This document shows, piece after piece, positions 25,932 through 37,709 of a stretch of 64,000 bases of DNA. The position numbers and the translations under genes are program-made. Numbering within the stretch: position 1 is the stretch's first letter; every line of letters starts with the position of its first letter. This DNA is from Mobula hypostoma (Eukaryota). A model generated the notes under the pieces. The model was not told the origin of the DNA. It made no database searches and worked only from the letters and a program-made list of their open reading frames with translations. The stretch covers positions 62,001 to 126,000 of the forward strand of contig NC_086097.1 of the NCBI RefSeq assembly GCF_963921235.1. The letters run 5' to 3'.

Positions 25932-25967
25932 AGTTGACGTTTCGGGCCGAGACCCTTCGTCAGGACT
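25932..25967 (-). ncRNA. Minimal hammerhead ribozyme motif (one stem I mismatch)
   Basis: Minus strand AGTC-CTGACGA-agggtctcggccc-GAAA-CG-TC-AACT. Confidence 0.6.
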
Positions 25968-27609
25968 AACTGTAAGAAGAGCTAGTAAGAGATTTGATAG
26001 TGGGAGGGGGAGGGAGAGATCCAAGATGATAGGAGAAGACAGGAGGAGGAGGGATGGAGCCAAGAGCTGGACAGTTGATTGGCAAAAGGGATATGAGAGG
26101 ATCATGGGATAGGAGGCCCAGGAAGAAAGAAAAGAGGGAGGGGGGGGAAAAGCCCTGAGGATGGGCAAGGGGTATAGTGAGAGGGACAGAGGGAGAAAAA
26201 GAGAGAGAAAAAGTATGTGTGTAAATAAATAAATAAATAACAGATGGGGTACGAGGGGGAGGTGGGGCATTAGCAGAAGTTTGAGAAGTCAATGTTCATG
26301 CCATCAGGTTGGAGGCTACCCAGACAGAACATAAGGTGTTGTTCCTCCAACTTGAGTGTGGCTTCATCTTAATATAAGGTGTTGTTCCTCCAACCTGGGT
26401 GTGATATAAGATGGTGTTCCTCCAAACTGAGTGTGTCTCACCCTGTCTCTTGCCACAGCTATCTGGACTATTCCTCTTCTCACCCTGTCTCTTGCAAAAA
26501 TGCCATCCCCTTCTCGCAATTCCTCCGTCTCCACCGCATCTGCTCTCAGGATGAGGTTTTCATTCCAGGACGAGGGAGATGTCCTCCTTTTTTAAAGAAA
26601 GGGGCTTCCCTTCCTCCACTATCAACTCTGCTCTCAAACGCATCTCCCCCATTTCATGCACATCTGCTCTCACTCCATCCTCCCGCCACCCCACCAGGAA
26701 TAGGGTTCCCGTTGTCCTCACCTACCCCCCCACCAGCCTCCAAGTCCAACATATAATTCTCTGTAACTTCCGCCACCTCCAATGCGATCCCACCACTAAG
26801 CACATCTTTCCCTCCCCCTCTCTCTGCTTTCCACAGGGATCTCTCCCTACGCGACTCCCTTGTCCATTCGTCTCCCCCATCCCTCCCCACCGATCTCCCT
26901 CCTGGCACTTATCCTTGTAAGTGGAACAAGTGCTACACATGCCCTTACACTTCCTCCCTCACCACCATTCAGGGCCCCAGACATTCCTTCCAAGTGAGGC
27001 GACACTTCACCTGTGAGTCGGCTGGGGTGATATACTGCATCCGGTGCTCCCGATGTGGCCTTCTATATATTGGTGAGACCCGACGCAGACTGGGAGATCA
27101 TTTCACTGAACACCTACACTCTGTCCACCAGAGAAAGCAGGATCTCCCAGTGGCCACATATTTTAATTCCACGTCCCATTCCCATTCTGATATGTCTATC
27201 CACGGCCTCCTCTACTGTCAAGATGAAGTCACACTCAAGTTGGAGGAACAACACCTTATATTCTGTCTGGGTAGCCTCCAACCTGATGGCATGAACATTG
27301 ACTTCTCAAACTTCCGCTAATGGCCCCACATCTCCCTCGTACCCCATCCGTTATTTATTTATTTATATACACACATACTTTTTCTCTCTCTCTTTTCTCC
27401 CTCTGTCCCTCTCACTATACCCCTTGCCCATCCTCAGGGCTCCCCCCCTCTTTTCTTTCTCCCTAGGCCTCCTGTCCCATGATCCTCTCATATTCCTTTT
27501 GCCAATCAACTGTCCAGCTCTATCCCTCCCCCTCCTGTCTTCTCCTATCATTTTGGATCTCCCCCTCCCCCTCCCACTTTCAAATCCCTTACTATCTCTT
27601 CTTTCAGTT

Positions 27610-27645
27610 AGTCCTGACGAAGGGTCTCAGCCCGAAACGTCGACT
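27610..27645 (+). ncRNA. Minimal type I hammerhead ribozyme motif
   Basis: AGTC-CTGACGA-aGGGtctcagCCC-GAAA-CG-TC-GACT. Confidence 0.7.
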
Positions 27646-29076
27646 GTACCTCTTCCTAGAGATGCTGCCTGGCCTGCTGCGTTCACCAGCAACTTTTATG
27701 TGTGTTGCTGGAGAGAAGACTTTGTAAGATTTGACCCGGAGCTGGGGCTGGAGATTGCCTTTCCCAGACTTACGCAGCCAACCGAACCCGGGTGCTTCAA
27801 ATGTTTTCCCAAACTATCTGCTCCCATCCCTCTCCAGTGCTATAGTAAAGGAGATAAAGTTATGATCACTACTTCCAAAATGCTCTTCCACCGAGAGATC
27901 AGACATCTGACCAGGTTCATTTCCCAATACCAGATCACGTACAGCCTCTCCTCAAGTTGTCAGAAAACCTCGCTGGACACACCTAACAAACTCGACCCTA
28001 TCTAAACCCCCTACTCTAAGGAGATGCCAGTCAATATTAGGAAAGTTAAAATTACCCATCACAACAGCCCTATTATTATTGCACCGTTCCAGAATCTGCC
28101 TCCCTATCTGCTCTTCAATGTCTCCGCTACAATTGGAGGTCTATAAAAATCACCCAGTAGTTATTGCCCCTTTCCTGTTTCTGACTTCCACCCATACTGA
28201 CTCAGTAGGCAATCCCTCCATGACTTCCTCCTTTTCTGTAGCTGAGATACTATCCCTGATGAGCAATGGCACACCCCCACCCCTTTTGCCTCCCTCCCTG
28301 TCCTTTTTGAAACACCTAAAGCCCGGCACACTCAGCAGCCATTCCTGACCCTGAGACATCCAAGTTTCTGTAACGGCCACAATGTCATAGTTCCATGTAT
28401 TGATCCACGCTCTAAGTTCATCCACCTTGTTTATGATGATCCTTGCATTAAAATAGATACATCTTAAACTATCTGGCTGAACGTATTTTTGCTCTAACAT
28501 CTGGTGGGCACTGGAAAGGATCTAAGTAATCTGTAGAAAGTGATAAATTCAGTGAGCTGCATCATGGGCACTACAGATTACCTATCATCCTGGTCGCCTT
28601 CAATGAGCGGTGCCTCAAAAAGGCGGCATCAATCATTAACTACCCCCATCACCCAGGACCATAAGACCAGAAGACATTGGAGCAGAATTAGGTCATTTAG
28701 TCCATCGAGCATGCCCCGCCATTCCATCATGGCTGATCCCGGATCCCACTCAACCCCATATACCTGCCTTACCACCATATCCTTTGATGCCCTGACCGAT
28801 CAGGAAATGATCAACTTCCCAATTAAATATACACACAGACATAGCCTCCACCGCAGTCTGAGGCAGAGCATTCCACAGATTCATTACTCTCTGGCTAAAA
28901 AAAAATTCTCCTTACCTGTTCTAAAAGATCACCCATCAATTTTGAGGCTGTGTCCTCCAGATCTGGATACCCCCACCAGAGGAAATATCCTCTCCATATC
29001 CCCCCCCATCCAGTCCTTTCAACATTTGGCATGTTTCAAAGGAGATCTCCCTGCATTCCTCTAAATTCATAAAAAT

Positions 29077-32000
29077 AGGCAGGAAGACATAGGCAGGAAG
29101 AGGGATGAGGTCCTGAAGTGTGAGTTTCGGGAACTAGGCAGAAGGCTGAGTAACAGGACCTCAAGGGTGGCGTTCTCAGGATTGCTGCCAGTGCTACGTG
29201 ACAGTGATGGTAAGAATTAGAGGAGATGGCAGTTGAATGCGTGGCTGAGGAGTTGGTGCAGGGAGCAGGGTTTTAGATTTTTGGATCACTGGGATCTCCT
29301 CTGGGAAAGGTGGGACCAGTACAGATTGGATGGATTGCACCTGAACTTGAGGGGGAGCAATATCCTTGCAGGTAGGCCTGCTAGCATGGTTCAGGAGGGT
29401 TTAAATTAATTTGCAAGGGGAATGCAGTGAAAGTAGTGCATGGAGTAAAGCCAGATCTAACGTATAGAGAGGCTATGAGGAAAGAGAAGCAGAATAAACA
29501 GTGTAAAGACAGTAAGGTAGAAGGGCTGAAATGTGTGTACCTCAATGCAAGAAGCATCAGGAACACAGGTAATGAACTGACAGCTTGGATACATATATGG
29601 AATTATAAAGTAGTGGTCATTACAGAGACTTGGCTGGCACCAGGGCAGGAATGGATTCTCAATATTCCTGGATTTCAGTGCTTTAAAAGGGATAGAGAGG
29701 GCAGAAAAAGGGGAGGAGGGGTGTCATTACTGGTCAGAGATACTATTACAGCTACAGAAAGGGTGGGTAATGTAGCACAATCCTCTTTGGAGTCAGTATG
29801 GGTGGAAGTCAGGAACAGGAAGGGAGCAGTTACTCTATTGGGGATATTCTATAGGCCCCCTGGTAGCAGCAGAGATACCGAGGCGCAGATTGGGAGGCAG
29901 ATTTTGGAAAGGTGCAAAAACGGGGTTGTTATCACGGGTGACTTTAACTTCCCTAATATTGATTGGCACCTGATTAGTTCCAAGGGTTTAGATGGGGCAG
30001 AGTTTGTTAAGTGTGGCCAGGACGGTTTCTGTCATAATATGTGGACAGGCCGACTAGGGGGAATGCCATACTAGATCTAGTACTAGGTAAAGAACTGTGT
30101 CAGGTCACAGATCTCTCAGTGGGTGAACATCTGGGGGACAGTGACCACTGCTCCCTGGCCTTTAGCATTATCATGGAAAAGGATAGAATCAGAGAGGACA
30201 AGAAAATTTTTAATTGGGGAAGGGCGAATTATGAAGTTACAAGGCTAGAACTTGCAGGTGTGAATTGGGATGATGTTTTTGCAGGGAAATGTACTATGGA
30301 CATGTGGTCAATGTTTAGAGATCTCTTGCAGGATGTTAAGAGATAAATTTGTCCTGGTAAGGAAGATAAAGAATGGTAGGGTGAAGGAACCATGGGTGAC
30401 AAGTGAAGTGGAAAATCCAGTCAGGTGGAAGAAGGCAGTATACATGAGGTTCAGGAAGCAAGAATCAGATGGGTCTATTGAGGAATATAGGGAAGCAAGA
30501 AAGGACTTAAGAAGGGGCTGAGAAGAGCACGAAGGGGGCATGAGAAGGCCTTGGTGAGTAGAGTAAAGGAAAACCCCAAGGTATTCTTCAATTATGTGAA
30601 GAAAAAAAGGATGACAAAAGGTGGGAAGATGTGCCTGGAGGCTGTGGAAGTGAGCGAGGTCCTCAATGAATACTTGTCTTCAGTATTCACCAATGAGAGG
30701 GAACTTGATGATGGTGAGGACAATATGAGTGAGGTTGATGTTCTGGAGCATGTTGATATTAAGGGAGAGGAGGTGTTGGAGTTGTTAAGATACATTAGGA
30801 CGGATAAGTCCCTGGGGCCTGACAGAATATTCCCCAGGCTGCTCCACGAGGCGAGGGAAGAGAATGCTGAGCCTCTGGCTAGGATCTTTATGTCCTTGTT
30901 GTCCACGGGAATGGTACAGGAGGATTGGAGGGAGGCGAATGTTGTCCCCTTGTTCAAAAAAAGGTAGTAGGGATAGTCCGGGTAATTATAGACCAGTGAG
31001 TCTTACATCTGTGGTGGGAAAGCTGTTGGAAAAGATTCTTAGAGATAGGATCTCTGGGCATTTAGAGAATCATGGTCTGAGCAGGGACAGTCAGCATGGC
31101 TTTGTGAAGGGCAGATCGTGTCTAACAAGCCTGATAGAGTTCTTTGAGGAGGTGACCAGGCATATAAATGAGGGTAGAAGAGGGTAGTGCAGTGGATGTG
31201 ATCTATATGGATTTTAGTATTGCATTTGACAAGGTTCCACACAGTAGGCTTATTCAGAAAGTCAGAAGGCATGGGATCCTGGGAAGTTTGGCCAGGTGGA
31301 TTCGCATTAGGGTTAATGCGAGGGTCGTGGTGGAGGGAGTACATTCAGATTGGAGGATTGTGACTGGTGGTGTCCCACAAGGGTCTGTTCTGGGACCTCT
31401 ACTTTTCGTGATTTTTATTAACGACCTGGATGTGGGGGTAGAAGGGTGGGTTGGCAAGTTTGCAGACGACACAAAGGTGGGTGGTGTTGTAGATAGTGTA
31501 GAGGTGCAGAGGGACATTGATAGGATGCAGAAGTGGGCTGAGAAGTGGCAGATGAAGTTCAAACCGGAGAGGTGTGAGGTGGTACACTTTGGAAGGACAA
31601 ACTCCAAGGCAGAGTACAAAGTAAATGGCAGGATACTTGGTAGTGTGGAGGAGCAGAGGGATCTGGGGGTACATGTCCACAGATCCCTGAAAGTTGCCTC
31701 ACAGGTGGATAGGGTAGCTAAGAAAGCTTATGGGGTGTTAGCTTTCATAAGTCGAGGGATAGAGTTTAAGAGTCGCGATGTAATGATGCAGCTCTATGAA
31801 ACTCTGGTTAGGCCACACTCGGAGTACTGTGTCCAGTTCTGGTCGCCTCACTATAGGCAGTGTGGACAGGACCAATGAACTTAACCTGTTCTTTAACAGA
31901 TCTGAAATTGTGGCCCCTGCCCATCCCCCACATGAGCCCTCTGTTGTCGGCCCCTAACCAAAACATATTCCACTCTCCCCTCCTACCCCTCCTCACAGTC

Positions 32001-34070
32001 CCCCACCCTGCTCTCATGTCTATACCCCTTCACCACATGAAACCACCACAGTGGGCTTCACAGCTGAACAGGTGAGAATACAGCTAAAACGTCTCAATCC
32101 ATGCAAGGCTGCAGGACCGGATGGTGTCAGTACCAGGGTGTTCAAAGCCTGTGCCCCTCAGCTATGTGGAGTACTTTGCCATGTAACCAACCTGATCCTG
32201 AGGCTCCGGAGGGTTCCTGAACTGTGGAAGACGTCCTGCCTCGTCCCTGTGCCGAAGACGCCGCGCCCCAGCGGCCTCAGTGACTACAGACCGGTGGCAT
32301 TGACCTCCCACATCATGAAGACCCTGGAGAGACTTGTTCTGGAGCTGCACCGGCCTATGGTCAGGCCGCACTTAGATCCCCTCCAGTTCGCCTACCAGCC
32401 CCGACTAGGAGTTGAGGATGCCATCATCTATCTGCTGAACCTTGTCTACGCCCACCTGGACAAGCCAGCGAGCACTGTGAGGGTCATGCTTTTTGACTTC
32501 TCCAGTGCGTAGAACACCATCCGCCCAGCTCTGCTGGGGGAGAAGCTAACAGCGATGCAGGTGGATGCTTCCCTGGTGTCATGGATTCTTGATTACCAGA
32601 CCACAGTACGTGTGCTTGCAACACCGTGTGTCTGACAGAGTGATCAACAGCACTGGGGCTCCACGAGGGACTGTCTTGTCTCCCTTTCTCTTCACCATTG
32701 ACACCTCGGACTTCAACTACTGCACAGAGTCTTGTCATCTTCAGAAGTTTTCGGATGACTCTGCCATAGTTGAATGCATCAGCAAGGGAGATGAGGCTGA
32801 GTACAGGGCTACGGTAGGAAACATTGTCACATGGTGTGAGCAGAATGATCTGCAGCTTAATGTGAAAAAGACTAAGGAGCTGGTGGTAGACCTGAGGAGA
32901 GCTAAGGTACCGGTGACCCCTGTTCCCATCCAGAGGGTCAGTGTGGACATGGCGAAGGATAACAAATACCTGGGGATACGAATTGACAATAAACTGGACT
33001 GGTCAAAGAACACTGAGGCTGTCTACAAGAAGGGTCAGAGCCATCTCTATTTCCTGAGGAGACTGAGGTCCTTTAACATCTGCCAGACGATGCTGAGGAT
33101 GTTCTACGAGTCTGTGGTGGCCAGTGCTATCATGTTTGCTGTTGTGTGCTGGGGCAGCAGGCTGAGGGTAGTAGACACCAACAGAATCAACAAACTCATT
33201 CGTAAGGCCAGTGATGTTGTGGGGATGGAACTGGACACTCTCACAGTGGTGTCTGAAAAGAGGATGCTGTCTAAGTTGCATGCCATCTTGGTCAATGTCT
33301 CCCATCCACTACATAATGTATTGGGTGGGCACAGGAGTACATTCAGCCAGAGACTCATTCCACGGAGATGCAACACTGAGTGTCATAGGAAGTCATTCCT
33401 GCCTGTGGCCATCAAACTTTACAACTCCTCCCTTGGAGGGTCAGACACCCTGAGCCAATAGGCTGCTCCTGGATTTATTTCATAATTTACTGGCATAATT
33501 TACATATTACTATTTATGGTTTTATTACTATTTATTATTTATGGTGCAACTGTAACCAATTTCCCCTGGGATCAATAAAGTATGACTATGACTATGACTG
33601 TGTGGAAGCACTGGAAAGGGTACAGAGGAGATTTACCAGGAGGCTGCCTGGTTTAGAGAGTATGCGTTATGATCAGAGATTAAGGGAGCTACGCTTTACT
33701 CTTTGGAGAGGAGGATGAGAGGAGACATGATAAAGGTGTACAAGATAATAAGAGGAATAGATAGAGTGGATTGCCAGCGCCTCTTCCCCGGGGCACCACT
33801 GCTCAATACAAGAGGACATGGCTTTAAGGCAAGGGGTGGGAAGTTCAAGGGGGATATTAGAGGAAGGTTTTTTACTCAGAGAGTGGTTGGTACGTGGAAT
33901 GCACTGCCTGAGTCAGTGGTGGAGGCAGATACACTCGTGAAGATTAAGAGACTACTGGACAGGTATATGGAGGAATTTAAGTTGGGGGCTTATATGGGAG
34001 GCAGGGTTTGAGGGTCGGCACAACATTGTGGGCTGAAGGGCCTGTACTGTGCTGTACTGTTCTATGTTCT
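29077..34070 (+). mobile_element. Long CR1 (end of ORF1 esterase, APE, RT, 3' UTR) interrupted by a Rex1/Babar element
   Basis: LKCVYLNARSIRN, ITETW, GDFNFPNIDW, FADDTK, and a TTCTATGTTCTA tail. Confidence 0.92.
31858..33600 (+). mobile_element. Rex1/Babar-type non-LTR retrotransposon, 5'-truncated
   Basis: KAAGPDGV, DYRPVALTSHIMKTLERLV, LDPLQFAY, FDFSSA, QKFSDDSA, KTKELVVD; AATAAA followed by an (ACTATG)n tail; no TSD. Confidence 0.9.
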
Positions 34071-34074
34071 ATAA

Positions 34075-35690
34075 ACTTGGAGGGCACAGTTTTAAGGTGC
34101 TTGGAAGTAGGTACAGAGGGGATGTCAGGGGTAAGTTTTTTATGCAGAGAGTGGTGAGTGTGTGGAATGGGCTGCCGGCAATGGCGGTAGAGACGGATAC
34201 GACAGGGTCTTTTAAGAGACTCCTGGATAGGTACATGGAGCTTAGAAAAATAAAGGGCTACGGGTAACCCTATGTCATTTCTAAAGTAAGTACATGTTTG
34301 GCACAGCATTGTGGGCCGAATAGCCTGCATTGTGCTGTAGGTTTTCTATGTTTCTAAGTGTGACCTGACTCGTGCCTTATAAAGCCTCAGCATAATCTCC
34401 TTGCTTTTACATTCAACTCCCTTTGAAATAAATGCCAAAATTGCATTTGCCTTCTTTATCACAGATGCAACCTGTAAACTTGCAAATTTTCTGGGAGTGT
34501 TGAACAAGGTCTTCTAAGTCCCTGTGCACCTCTGAGGTTTGAACCTTCTCCCCATTTAAATAACAGTCCACACTATTGTTCCTTTTACCAAAAATGTTGT
34601 CATTGGAGAGAGTCCAGAGGAGGTTCCTTTTACCAAAATGCATTATCATACATTTCTCAACATCTATTTTGTAGGTTAAATATGATGGCAGAATACAGTA
34701 TTTTGGTAGGTCAAATATGATGTCAGAATATAGTATTAATGGTAAGACGCTTGGCAGTGTGGAGGATCAGAAGGATCTTGGGGTCTGAGTCCATAGGACA
34801 CTCAAAGCTGCTGCACAGGTTGACTGTGTGGTTAAGAAGGCATACTGTGCATTGGCTTCTTCAACCGTAGGATTGAGTTTAAGAGCCGAGAGGTAATGCT
34901 ACAGCTATATAGGACCACGGTCAGATCCCACTTGGAGTACTGTGCTCAGTTCTGGTCACCTCACTACAGGAAGGACGTGGAAACTATAGAAAGGGTGCAA
35001 AGGAGATTTACAAGGGTGTTGCCAGGATTGGGGAGCATGCCTTATGAGAATAGGTTGAGTGAACTTGGCCTTTTCTCCTTGGAGTGGCGGAAGATGAGAG
35101 GTGACCTGAAAGAGGTGTATAAGAAGATGAGAGGCATTGATTGTGTGGATAGTCAAAGGTTTTTTCCAGGGCTGAAATGGCTAACACGACAGGGCACAAT
35201 TTTAAGGTGCTTGGAAGTAGGTACAGAGAAGATGTAAGTTTTTTTATGCAGAGAGTGGTGAGTGTGTGGAATGGGCTGCCGGCAATGGTGGTGGAGGCGG
35301 ATATGATAGGGTCTTTTAAGAGACTCCTGGATATGTAAATGGAGATAAGAAAAATAGAGGGCTATGGGTAAATATAGGTAATTTCTAAAGTAAGTACGTT
35401 TGGCATAGCATTGTGGGCCAAAGGGCCTGTATTGTGCTGTAGGTTTTCTATGTATTCTCTCTGCTGCTTTTTTGTCTATTCTTCCAGTTTGTCTAAGTCC
35501 TGTTGCAATTGTATTGCTTCCTCAACACTACATACACCTCCACCTATCTTCGTATCATCCATAAACTTTGCCACAAAGCCATCAATTCCATGATCCAAAT
35601 CACTGACAAACAATGTGAAAAGCAGCAGTCCCAATCCTGACCCCTGAGGAACACCACTTGTCATAGGCAGCCAACTAGGTTATGCCCTTT
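34075..35690. mobile_element. Nested CR1 fragments (plus 34075-34357 and 34670-35455 inside a minus-strand fragment)
   Basis: EYCAQFWSPHYRKD on the + strand; GVPQGS and FMDDTK on the - strand. Confidence 0.75.
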
Positions 35691-35707
35691 ACTAATTGCT
35701 ACCAACT

Positions 35708-36126
35708 TACTTCTCCGTGGATTGTCACCTTGTCGTGGTGGAGAAGCTTGTGTGGTCCTGTGATCCTGAGAGCGATGCCATCTGGAGCTAGGCTCCTGGT
35801 AGGGTCACCCATGGCGGTAAGGTCCCTGAGGTCCCTGACAAAGAACAATCCAACCAAGACCTCAACGGTGGAACAGGCGGACGAAGTTACTTGGAACTCA
35901 ACGGCTGTGAAGGCAGATGAAGGCTGCAACAAATCCATCAGCTTCAATCGTCATGGTTTCCATGCCATTGGAATCAGTTGGTTGATTTGTGAAGCATCGT
36001 GTGCTTCTTGGAGTGCAACATCAAGTACACGTTAAACAAATACACACGTCTTCGCTCTGTGGGCCACTTCTTCAGAACGAAGACCATCATCCTCGACCTC
36101 GAGGGATAGCCATGATGACAATGACT
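35708..36126 (+). mobile_element. Short non-autonomous RTE-derived element (5' UTR-like part plus 3' tail)
   Basis: gtcaccttgtcgtggtggagaagcttg...ggtagggtcacccatggcgg resembles RTE/BovB/Expander 5' ends. It ends with an (ATG/ACA)-type short repeat and has no ORF. Confidence 0.5.
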
Positions 36127-36307
36127 AATTGGAAGGAGGCACTGAAGCCTGAAGGTACACACTCAATGATTCAGGATCAGCTTCCTTCCCTCTGCAGCAG
36201 ATTTCTGAATGGACATTGAAGCCATGAACACTACCTCACCACTCTTTTGCACTACTTATTTTAACTTTCATATATATAATTCAGGAATTTGAGTAGGAGA
36301 AGCTAAA

Positions 36308-37339
36308 GTCAGATAGATAGACAGACTTACTTTATTGATCCCGACGGAAATTGGGTTTCGTTACAGTTGCACCAACCAAGAATAGAGTAAAAATATAGCA
36401 ATATAAAACCATAAATAATTAAATAATAATATGTAAATTATGCCAAATGGAAATAAGTCCAGGAGCAGCCTACTGGCTCAGGGTGTATGACCCTCCAAGG
36501 GAGGAGTTGTAAAGTTTGATAGCCACAGGCAGGAATGACTTCCTATGACACTCAGTGTTGCATCTCCGTGGAATGAGTCTCTGGCTGAATGTACTCCTGT
36601 GCCCACCCAGTACATTATGTAGTGGATGGGAGACATTGTCCAAGATGGCATGCAACTTGGACAGCATCCTCTTTTCAGACACCACCGTGAGAGAGTCCAG
36701 TTCCATCCCCACAACATCACTGGCCTTATCAATGAGTTTGTTGATTCTGTAGGTGTCTGCTACCCTCAACCTGCTGCCCCATCACACAACAGCAAACATG
36801 ATCGCACTGGCCACCACAGACTCCTAGTACATCCTCAGCATCATCTGACAGATGTTAAAGGACCTCAGTCTCCTCAGGAAATAGAGACGGCTCTGACCCT
36901 TCTTGTAGACAGCCTCAGTGTTCTTTGACCAGTCCAGTTTATTGTCAATTCGTATCTCCAGGTATTTGTAATCCTCCATCATGTCCACACTGACTCCCTG
37001 GATGGAAACAGGGGTCACCGGTACCTTAGCTCTCCTCAGGTCTACCACCAGCTCCTTAGTCTTTTTCACATTAAGCTGCAGATAATTCTGCTCACACCAC
37101 GTGACAAAGTTTCCTGCCATATCCCTGTACTCAGCCTCATCTCCCTTGCTGATGCATCCAACTACGGCAGAGTCATCCGAAAACTTCTGAAGATGACAAG
37201 ACTCTGTGCAGTAGTTGAAGTCCGAGGTGTAAATGGGAGACAAGACAGTCCCCTGTGGAGCCCCAGTGCTGCTGATCACTCTGTCGGACACACAGTGTTG
37301 CAAGCACACGTACTGTGGTCTGCCAGTGAGGTAATCAAT
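36308..37339 (-). mobile_element. Second Rex1/Babar copy, 5'-truncated
   Basis: ORFs 36824-37309 and 36470-36769 are nearly identical to 32565-33461; different simple-repeat tail. Confidence 0.9.
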
Positions 37340-37635
37340 TGGTTGATATTAACCAATCTCATTGTCTATCCGTATGGCTGCACTTTGTTGCCAGTAGAGA
37401 TTCCTGATTATTCTTCGATCTTTTCCATCGATATTAATATTTTTAAGCATTTTCATGATGACTTGGTGTTTCACTAAGTTGAAGGCTTTTGTGTAGTCAA
37501 TGAAACAGATTATAGGTCTTCTTGTACTTCTATTGACCTTTCGCTAATTTTCCTGAGAATATAAGCAGCATTTGATGTTCCCTTGCCTTCGACAAAGCTG
37601 CACTGTTCTTCACTGATCTCTGGTTTAATTTTCTA
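37340..37635 (-). mobile_element. RTE-clade RT fragment
   Basis: Minus strand reads KIKPEISEEQCSFVEGKGTSNAAYILRKISERSIEVQED..CFIDYTKAF. Confidence 0.7.
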
Positions 37636-37709
37636 AATGCAAAGAAAAATGACACAACCTTTGCTTAATATGAGAAGTCAAAGCCAATATAAAAGCCAAG
37701 GAGAGAGCA

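Larger units (their letters stand above)
25832..27706. mobile_element. Penelope-like (Neptune-type) insertion: inverted 3' arm plus direct RT-thumb/Zn-finger/GIY-YIG segment
   Basis: SSSHP...AIPFSQFLRLHRICS, KCYTC, GVIYCIRCSRCGLLYIGETRRRL. 25871-26370 is inverted relative to the 3' end. TSD GCTGGAGA(A/G)AAGAC at 25818-25831 and 27707-27720. Confidence 0.92.
25624..27799. mobile_element. Solo-LTR-like element (about 290 bp net), interrupted by a Penelope insertion
   Basis: Begins TGTAA and ends TTCA, with a 4-bp TSD AATG (25620-25623, 27800-27803). Removing it rejoins the CR1. Confidence 0.55.
23600..28495 (-). mobile_element. Older CR1 ORF2 5' half acting as host for an RTE, a solo-LTR-like element and a Penelope element
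   Basis: CIYFNARIIINKVDEL...VTETW (28150-28500), with colinear segments at 27800-28495, 25068-25623 and 23600-23714. Confidence 0.8.
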
